A DNA stretch of 59,408 nt, filler included, from Squatina squatina (taxonomy: Eukaryota), in assembly GCA_031763465.1 (NCBI GenBank). It is 3 parts of 3 records of this genome, joined end to end, with 100 filler letters (N's around TTAATTAATTAA, not from the genome) between each part and the next. Parts side by side here need not be neighbours in the genome. Positions count along the whole stretch, not along the records: positions 36,461 to 59,408 come from JARFOE010000120.1; 2 more parts are not named here. One strand, given 5' to 3'. Each line of letters opens with the position of its first letter. The stretch's first letter is position 1. Below, piece by piece: positions 49,521 through 59,408 of the stretch. A program made the translations under genes and the position numbers. The notes beneath the pieces are model-generated. The model was not told the DNA's origin and did not search any database. It worked only from the letters and a program-made list of their open reading frames with translations.

Positions 49521-50689
49521 TTAAATCCAGTTAATCAGCATTAAAAGTCCAGTGTACATCATTCAACTGAAAAATTGGCGTAATATCCACTCTTCGACCT
49601 GAAGTGGACTGGTTCATTGCACAGATGTAGAATAAAAATGCTTATAGCAAACTATAACTGCTAAATAATGCCACACACCAGAAACAAGCACTTCAATTCA
49701 GCTGAAGTAGTTTACATCAAATTATGTCACTTTCATCATGAACCAAAATAATTTAGTATACACTGAATGCAACAGCTGGCACTGNNNNNNNNNNNNNNNN
49801 NNNNNNNNNNNNNNNNNNNNNNNNNNNNNNNNNNNNNNNNNNNNNNNNNNNNNNNNNNNNNNNNNNNNNNNNNNNNNNNNNNNNATTTATTCCAGAAATT
49901 CTCTGAGGACTTCACCTGATGAGTAAGTGCTGTTTTACTCCACCTTATTGGACACCTATAGGAGTCACCAGGAGAAAGGGAATACTTGTCACAGGCATTT
50001 TGTTAGGAATCCCCTTGGTCTGGACGAGGAATGGGAGGATGACAGGAGGCCAGGCAGAGCAGCACCAGCTGCTGCAGGAGCAAGTGACAGGAGGGCGAGG
50101 TGGCAGCCTTCGACCTGCAGGTACAGAACATCCCTCCTCCTCTGGACCTCCTACACCAGGACCTCCAGTGCTACGTCTATCCCTAAGCAATCCTGAAAGC
50201 GGCACTGTGCGGCATTCAGCACACTGCACACCTTCAGTGGAAGTGGGTACGTGGAGTCCCTATATACTGCTTCATGAAAATTCCATTTAATCAGCACTTG
50301 AGTACTAAACCTGCATGTGTCACTGTTTTAGTGCCTTGAGGCAAGTAGCTGTGTAATTTAGTTCTGCACACAAAGTTTTTGGAGAGAGGCCAAGATTGGT
50401 TCAAGGACTTAGACTGGTGGTGGTGGGGGAGGGAAGAGAGAATGGATAAAGTGAAGTCAGAAATTCTCTGGGTTCAATCCTTGCCCTACTCTACTTCCAA
50501 CTGTCTTCTGCCCCACTGGATTAAAACAAAACACATTCCTAGATGAGTAGAGTGAAATCTGCCCTAACATGCTTGAATCCAAACCGAAGAACAACAATCC
50601 CTACACCAGCAGAATTCGTTCTGCTATTTCCTGTACTAGCCGTCCTTGTGACAGATGCAAAAATGGCAGTTTGCTGCCAATTAGCTTTG

Positions 50690-50824
50690 TGGACTTGGAC
50701 CCACTTTGAAGGTAATTTAGACTTCCCAACAAACAATCCCTACAGCCAACGGAAAGGCAAGACTTTGAACCCAGGTTTCAAAAAAATTTTTTTTTAAGTG
50801 TGCTAACCCACTGTGTCACAGTCA
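50690..50824 (-). mobile_element. Degenerate tRNA-derived SINE head
   Basis: Minus strand reads TGACTGTGACACAGTGGGTTAGCAC...ACCTGGGTTCAAAGTC (A-box and B-box like). Confidence 0.5.
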
Positions 50825-53800
50825 TCTGCCAAGAACAAAACACAAACAGATGAAGACGACAATGTATTTGGTTAAACTATAATTTTCATGTTAAAATGGT
50901 CAAATAGTGATTATAACACTTGCACCAAACATTCGACACTCATACACAGGTAAATCTCTGACACACCGTGCTGCTCCAAGTTCTGAAATCATGCAAGACT
51001 TACTTCGGTTATTTTTTAAGTTTAGAGCAGAAAACAAAATGTAAATTGTATTACAAAATTCTAAATGAAGCTATATTTCATTTGTTTTCATACTACTTGA
51101 ACGTATAAGCAGCTCAGAATTCTGATGTGATTGATAAAAATTGACAGTTATGGTGTGAAACAAGCTGCATTTGATAACTAACATCTATTTTATCAGAAAC
51201 ATCAACAATGATTGCTAATCACAAGTCAAGCTTACTAATGGAAGTGCCACCTCTTATGTACAATTTGTACCAAAAAAGAGCCTTTGTATAGAAAAATCTT
51301 GATAATCCTCCAGGCCGTGAAAGCATCAGTCTAAAAAGCCGCCTTTTCAGAAAAATCAATGAATTACCTCTTGAACACAGCAAGAAGCCTCCAACTTCAG
51401 CCTTTGCCATGGCTAACTAAGCACCAACAATGAAACTGCATTCCAAGACTAGTGCAGAATTATTGCCAGTTTTGTCTGAACAAAGATCCTTGTAAAGTAA
51501 CAAAGCAATTCCTTCTCAATATTTACATTTTAAAATGCAGACTCATATTGAAGATAGCACCTAAATTGCAATTAAAATGCTGCTTTCCTATTGGAAAAAT
51601 TATGTTCTACATAAAACGTAGTTTGTCAAGAGATCTTGCGAAACTACCACTCATCAAATTCAATGTAGCAGTAGCTTAAAAAGTAAAGTTCGCTCTTCTA
51701 AAATTAATAGCCAAAACTACTGAAGGTGGTTACATAAAATTGCATTACACTTCAGTCCTACAGTTAGTCCATATTTGCGACATGGATATTGCATTTGCCT
51801 CACTTCACTGTCAGCAGCAGGCCTGACTTCCACTGTAGCACAGTAAAATTGGCACTGCTACATCCAGGTGCTCCAAGAACCAGCAAGAGAGTTGGTTTCG
51901 GGCGGTGCATCTGGAAGCAGCATCTCTTCCCAACTCCAATATAAACATTTCCTAACCACCAGCAGATTAACTATTTCAGCCTGAACATAAGTGTTTTGTG
52001 CTGGTTGGCATTAACCAACCATTGGGGAAAGTGCAAAGGCCAAAAATAAATTCATAGACATTAACTTTAAACGAGTTCAGAGCTAGGTTTTTTTTTTAAT
52101 AAATATTTTGCTGTGCAAACCACCAATAGAAACAGGTTAGATTCCACAGTACCAGGGCCCCAAGGCAATATCATAGATTTGCTTCTTGAAGTGATTTTCC
52201 AGTACAAATAGCACAATTCAATACCATTTTCTAATCTAAATGCTCTTCATAAAGTCACTTATATTGAAGTATCTGATTTTTTTATATCACTAAATTCCCA
52301 TCCTCGTGTTATTTCAAAATGAAAGCTATCAGAAGTACACTGTACAACTCGGACTTTCTACACATTTGGTGTTCAATGATCAACTGCAATAAAACAATTT
52401 AACAAGCCTTGCTGGTTAATTTAGGTTTTAAGAAAATGTTTTTACCAACTAAACTGAATAAAAATGTGCAATGTAAAATTGAATGATTTGCATAATAGAT
52501 GTGTAACTACAAGACTGAACCAAAAGTTCCCACCTAAATCAAAAACTATTAGAGAGGTTTTATAGGTCCTAGGATTCAAAACGTACACACTGAATATCAA
52601 CTCCAGAATAGGGTAGGCACTTAACATCCAGAAACACTAGTATAGATGGCTTAAGTATCAGGAATTTACTTACTTTACAACATATAACAGCATATGTCAT
52701 ACTTATATATACACACACACCTTAGTTTAAAATCCATTCGACATGTGGTATATCAATAAATATCAACATCTGACAATACCCAATACAGAAAATGCAAACA
52801 CAATGTAGTACAACTTCAATGGCAAAGTTCCAAAGCTGTAAAGCATTGTAAAATATGTGTTTAACATTTAACAATGTAATAAATACAATATTCAGAACTT
52901 CCTGAACTTCAAGTTACCATCCAATGCCTTGGCTGCTAATTTAATTATGTAGTCATTTTTTTAAAAAAAAACGAACTTCCAAGTTCCTCTTTATAATGTA
53001 AAATCACAGCTCAGTTGCATAATTCCTAACTAATCAAGGGTAACTTTTGTGAGTTCAACACTCAGGTCCCAAAATCATCAAAGCCTGTTTAAAATAGACA
53101 CTGGAGGAAAAAGAACATGCAGTTGTCTAAAACATCAGTATTTTCTGTAAGCTGAAAATCATGAGCTGGTACAGTGCCTGTAATCATCAGATTAGAGGAT
53201 ACACACGTTTGGGTTATTTTTCAGGGAGGGGAAATCTTTGACAAGTCCTCAACATTCTGTCCCATGAAAGTTTTGAGACTGCACCATCGTATCCAAATTA
53301 GCAAGTGCAAAATTTATTATATAATTTTCATAGAGAACATTTAAATAATTTTGAATCACTCAGATCAGAACCATTTGCTGAGTTACAATTCACTATATTG
53401 CCATGAATTAAACTTTCTTCTAAAACAACCCCTTTCTTTAAAGGCCTAATTAAATATCACATTGGCCACATTTTTATAGAAGAATACTGTTGAGTTAAAC
53501 AGTTTAAGATCAAATTTTAGATAAAATCTTGTTTCAATCTCTGCTTGAAAAAGAGTCACAATTAGACAATTAAAAAGAAGTCTCAATATTATGGAGACCC
53601 CCATTATGCGCCTCCTTCACTCAACCAAGAACCTGCATCTATCCCGGTGCAAGCCATCCTAATGGATCACAGTTTTTAAGATCAACTTAGAAGCCAGCTA
53701 CCCAGAAGGAAAAAAGAACTGTACTGTCTGGGTATTGGCACACATTTAGCCAGGGGAGATCTGTCCAGGGTCTGTCAACTCCTGTTGGTTAACAATAGTG

Positions 53801-56800
53801 GGTAAAGTTTCAGTCCAATACCAAACAGTAAATTTACAGAAGCTACAGTTGTCTGAAATATCAAAAAAAAAGGCAAGATATTTTTCAGAGTACTCTAAGG
53901 CTCAAATCTTCTGTAAGCTTTACCCAAATTATATGCTACAAAACATTTTGTAGATGAAAAATGTAAAAAAAAAAGACTGAAAAGGACATATAAAGTCAGC
54001 GCTTATTTAACTGCAAAGTCAGGGAAGTGCCTGAAACACATCACCTCGTAATTTAAGAGTACCACATTGCTCCAAGAATGAGCATTCATACTGATGNNNN
54101 NNNNNNNNNNNNNNNNNNNNNNNNNNNNNNNNNNNNNNNNNNNNNNNNNNNNNNNNNNNNNNNNNNNNNNNNNNNNNNNNNNNNNNNNNNNNNNNNTGCT
54201 AATTGTTGAGAAAGATCATAAATTTTTGGGGTTAAAATTCTACATTTAAAAACTAGTCTACTGCACCAAGATTTTGAATGCTACTCAACTAAAGTAAGTT
54301 TACTATGTGACTATGCAATATCTGTTTAAAGGTGTTCTCATAACGGTAGCACTGGACAAACTTTTCCCTCCAACACATTTAAAAGGTCACATGAATATAA
54401 TTATGAAATAGGCAAACTAAATTACTCAAGTGTGAATTAAGCATATTAAAAAATGGGGAAACCAGTTAAAGTTGTTTGATCAACATGAATTATTTGGTTC
54501 TGAAACAGCGCGCATTACAAAGAGCATCACTAAGTTAAATTCAGTAAGTTTGTTATTCCTGGGTGAGAAATGCCATTTTTTTTTAAAAAATCATGCTGCT
54601 CTGATCATGGAGTTTATTATAACGGCATTAATCTCTCCATTTGAGAGAGTGCGGCGAACACAATGAATGCGCAGTTGCTTTTGCTCATTACCAGCAATAT
54701 GCAAATTAATGCATCATGGGGAGCAGGCTCTGTCANNNNNNNNNNNNNNNNNNNNNNNNNNNNNNNNNNNNNNNNNNNNNNNNNNNNNNNNNNNNNNNNN
54801 NNNNNNNNNNNNNNNNNNNNNNNNNNNNNNNNNNNAATGGAAGTAATGAAGGGTTGGTCAGAAAGGGTAGGAGACAAGGGGAAGCACCGTTATGGAGGGC
54901 AGGGCATCTGCAGCTGTTAATGGATGCTTTCCCCACCACACCATCCAAATGGAGAGAGAGGGGTAATCAAAGACAAAAACATCAGTGGTGATTTGCTAAC
55001 TTGCTGTATGCAATACTATGGCAGATCAACTGGTAACTAAATATAAACACTACTTGCCATGTATTTCCTTTTCTTGACTGACTTTCGAACAGGACCCCCC
55101 CACCAAGTCCCCTGAAAAAAGTTAACCTCAAAATATACAATTATCCTCAATGTAAAAACTTACAGATTCACCAAGTTGTTTATTGACTTTTGATAAAATT
55201 CCAAAGCAAAAGCTACACACAATTTAAACAAAGCTTGAAATTAGAGATCCATTAATGCGATTTGCATGTTTACCTACAACTGACAGTCATCATGATTTCA
55301 TTTACAATAACCTGCAGCTGTCCTAAATTCAGGAATGATTTTAAGTGAGCCTGAAATGGCTTTTGTTGCGAATGGAGCTGAAACAATCAGACTGTACATT
55401 CAGACAATACACATACAGTTCTGCAGGCGTAAAGCTCCATCCACAGTGTGAGTAGCTACAACAGCGTCTCACTATGGCCTGGCATTTAAATTCAGTTCCT
55501 TTAAGCAACTCCAAAGTGTCTCAACATTCAGATATATTAAACATATTATTTTGCACATTATGTTGCTAATACCTCTATATCTCTCCAATGTGGGATGTTT
55601 TGTACTGATAAATAGCCACAAACCAGAGCTACCAGGTCTACTATAAAACCTGACTGCAGCAAACCAAGTCATTTCACAACTGAAAATTTACAGTTTAAAG
55701 TTTACCAAGAGGCCAAAAAATCTGATACCTATTAAGTATACCTGGGCATAGTCTCTAATGAGCTTCCAGGAAAATAACCACCACTTTTTCACTGCTGTTT
55801 GAAAACAATGAACCAAGAAACAAGCACAAGAAGCCACCCTGCAAATGCAAGTAATCACAGGCTAATGAATCAAAAAATATTCAGACCATAACCTGATTTA
55901 AAAAAAAGCTTTCCAAAAATGTGGTGTCCAGTATTTTAAAAAACTGAATCAACTAGTAAATTCACAAAATCTGGACTCCATAGCCCAATTTGATCAAGGG
56001 GCACCAACAATTTGCTTCATTAAAAGGAAGGTAACAACGTCCAGGCTCAATGTAACCAAAATTTCAGCTTCTATATTTGTAATTAGTAACATCTCACTAA
56101 ACTTCAGGGAAGTCAGATTTAATCATACATACAAACAAACATACAAACACACTACAGGGCTGAAGATAAAGGAAGACATGTAATGGAGTTACAAAATCGA
56201 GATCAAGGGATCAAAAGTGATGAATGTATTCACTTCCAAAACTTGAATCACAACTGCTCATTTGCAAAGCTTAGAAGTGAAAGTTTCAAAAAGGTTCACA
56301 AGTCTTTTTCTTCCCATAACCAGCCGAATATCAAAGAACCACAGGTAATATGGAGAAATTAGGAGTACTGACAAACAGGAGATACACAGTGTTAAAAAGC
56401 AGTATGTTAATATTTTTAAAATAACCAGACTAATGTAACCTTGCTCAGTTTTAATAGGAAAAGAGCAAAGGCATATTCCTCAACTTCAAAATACTTACGT
56501 CAGTGTCACTCTGGTGACAAAGATGGTGTTTACCAGAACAGTTTTTTGTGGTTTTAGTACTTATGCTTAAGCAACTGTTACCATCCTTGTGAGCTTAATC
56601 TTCAATTCTCAAAACAATCTGAATCTCGGTTCTCAGGAGCGCACTGTCGGCGCACAAACGTCTCAGGTGGTGGTCAGAACGAATCTATTTTCCAACACGG
56701 CGCAATAANNNNNNNNNNATCAGTAATTTCACAACAGATACCAAGTAACCAAGATACACAAAAGATTAAAGCCATCAATGTATCAATTTTCAGGTTAATT

Positions 56801-58428
56801 TCAGAATTTCATTACCAACTCACAGTTGATGTAGAAGCTAGACTGTCAGTATCTCGATTCCTGTACAGATATTGAAGAAAACTATTTACCAAACACTAGA
56901 AAGATATAATTATAGACAGCACTACAAATGGAAACTGTACAAAGGTTAAAATGGCATAAGCCAACAGTTTTTAATTTTCTATTACCAAATTAGAAACCTC
57001 CTTCAAAATCATGGTTCAACGCAGAGAGAATATAAGAGAGAACAAAAGTACAAGATCGTGACAAAGATTGAAGACAACAGAACCCAAAGGTCAAAATAAA
57101 ACTCAAGATAGTCACCAGAACACATTCCCAACCATATTATATAGATAACATCCGTGAAGCCTTCAGTTACTAGCTTGGTTACTAACTTTTTTCCAACTAG
57201 TGCCTAAGTTTTGGCAAGGGATTCTGCAACATGTGGCAGAGGACTCCGAAATAAATATTTGTGATAGGCAAAACAGTTTTACTGACTCATATTCAATGAT
57301 ATTTCTTAAGTACATTACATTGTTACTTTACATTACTTCTACTATTTTTCACCCAAGTGTGCAAACAGATTTTAGTACCGCAGCCATGACATGCCGCTAC
57401 ACAACAAAAATTCACAGCTGCTGTGTACCACATCATCCTGCACAAGTTTCTTGCTAAGTGTTTGATCTCTGGGTAAGGGGGCTCCCCAACAGCTGAAATG
57501 TGTTTCCAGGCTGCTAAATTCACTATCCAGCAGACCAAGTTCCTATTCTATTTGCTGGCATTTTTAATATGCAAATAAGCAATTACTCTTTCACAAAAAA
57601 TAAGTAAAGATCAGTTACATCTGGTATGTAAACACCACAAAACCTTTTACTGTAGTAAAAGCAAACTATGCACATGAAACAAGTAAATTATACCATTTTA
57701 AACCCGAAGGAGAACCTGGGTTAATAGCTAGGAATTCTAAGAATTTTCTCAGTAAATAGTATACAACTATCCTGCTGACAGAGTCAAATTACCTTGCAGA
57801 AGGCCTCTCTCGAGCTTTCCAGAGACCAAAAGCTGTAAACCACCAGCCATAGTTAAAACAATGCATCACTATCTGAACTCAAAGCACTCAAAATATCCAC
57901 AGCAATAGAATCAACATGAGCTTATGCAGGTGAGTAGAAAAGATTCCTACAAATATTTTCATTACATTCTTTAAATTTTTTTACACAGCTACACAAGTGT
58001 GTCAACAACCGGCACAACAAAGTCAATTTCAGATGTCATGATTAACAGCTCTAGAAGAGGTATTCTATTGAAAGTCCTTGCCCATTCTGGCAAATTGAAA
58101 TGAAAATCCTACANNNNNNNNNNNNNNNNNNNNNNNNNNNNNNNNNNNNNNNNNNNNNNNNNNNNNNNNNNNNNNNNNNNNNNNNNNNNNNNNNNNNNNN
58201 NNNNNNNNNNNNNNNNNNNNNNNNNNNNNNNNNNNNNNNNNNNNNNNNNNNNNNNNNNNNNNNNNNNNNNNNNNNNNNNNNNNNNNNNNNNNNNNNNNNN
58301 NNNNNNNNNNNNNNNNNNNNNNNNNNNNNNNNNNNNNNNNNNNNNNNNNNNNNNNNNNNNNNNNNNNNNNNNNNNNNNNNNNNNNNNNNNNNNNNNNNNN
58401 NNNNNNNNNNNNNNNNNNNNNNNNNNNN

Positions 58429-58625
58429 CTTCCCCCCCAGTAAATCCACAATTCCTTGTCTTCAGGTCTCACATCTCGTCGCCATACACACAGCAGATTG
58501 GCCTGTAGACATCTAATAAAGGTCTGCAGAATAGGATCATCCTGAGCTGGTGCTGAGATGATGGGACCACAGCCCCCTAGACCCTGGAAACTGTACCTAC
58601 GCCATTTGATGCCAGTTAGTTCAGC
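58429..58625 (-). CDS. MED13L: MED13L coding exon 2 (3' end lost in the N gap)
   Basis: Acceptor ...caaccaacAG at 58627-58626, then [63 protein letters not shown]. This closely matches the recalled N-terminus of vertebrate MED13L ([11 protein letters not shown]...[30 protein letters not shown]). Confidence 0.96.
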
Positions 58626-59408
58626 CTGTTGGTTGAAAAACATGTCAAAAAAAGTCCCAAGAAAATTTTTTTAAAGTTATTTAAACCTGAACCAATTAAT
58701 TTTCAAAATTACGAAGGGGATATTTTGAACTTTGGCAGAGATGCTCAATATCACATTATATTGACTGCAAGTCAAAATATGATTACAAATGTAATCAATT
58801 ACAATATGAATGAAAAAAAAAATCTTTGGCATTGCCAACCAACTCATGACAGCTACATCTTAAACCAAGACACTTTGTTTGATCAGGAATTGATAGTTTA
58901 AATACTGGATACAAATAGTATAGTATAACAAAAGCACAAAATCGCCACAGGAAAGGAAATGTCAAAGGCATTAACCATATTTTTGTAACTAATTTAAAAA
59001 AGGTTTCTACTGTTGAATACTTTTACATGAATGAAACGCTCAACAACCTAAAAAGATTTAAAAAGGTGTAATCCACAATACGTAAACATGAGGGAAGAAT
59101 GCGTTTCTACAAAGCACGCAATAAGGAAATGTAAATTATGTGCAGACGTTAACTAAAATCCATCGCGAACACTTAAAACGGTTTACACATGAGGGTGACA
59201 ATTTTTCAAAAAGCTGTGGATTAAACAATGCACTGAATCGAAACAGATAAAACAGAGTGAAGAAAACAAATGTGAAAACTACTGCAGGAAAGTATTTAAC
59301 ATTAAAACTTCAGACAAGAGACATGATTTATTACTACAGACAAGAGTATTAAAAAAATACGTGCACCGGAAAATGTAAAGACTGGGGGGGGGGGGGGGGG
59401 CCGGGAAA

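Noticed and set aside
58429-58440. MED13L WIYWGG instead of the conserved WIFWWG
   Set aside because: Last bases before a gap, in a homopolymer run; likely contig-end error.

Overview
Vertebrate nuclear DNA, almost certainly from a cartilaginous fish. The basis is the repeat landscape: DeuSINE/SacSINE1-like SINEs, CR1, RTE and L2-type LINE fragments, Penelope ends and foldback MITEs. The assembly is very fragmented, with about 35 short contigs joined mostly by 100-N gaps. Two artificial 44N-TTAATTAATTAA-44N stop-codon linkers (22972-23071, 36361-36460) split the window into three blocks whose adjacency should not be trusted. Block 3 (36461-59408) holds MED13L coding exons 2, 3, 4, 5, 7 and 8 on the minus strand with canonical splice sites; exon 6 is not visible. 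Block 2 holds one usherin (USH2A) laminin-G exon and one exon of a USP18/USP47-like deubiquitinase with an intact His box, both on the plus strand and both missed by the ORF track. Block 1 has no gene I can name, only repeats and a few unassigned candidate exons. I see no convincing novel multi-gene system. The best leads are the orphan USP exon next to USH2A, a Penelope-type minimal hammerhead ribozyme fused to a DeuSINE, an L1 zinc-knuckle fragment bracketed by splice sites, unassigned candidate exons, and a perfect 32-bp palindrome in a MED13L intron. All homology calls and human exon sizes are from memory, not from searches.
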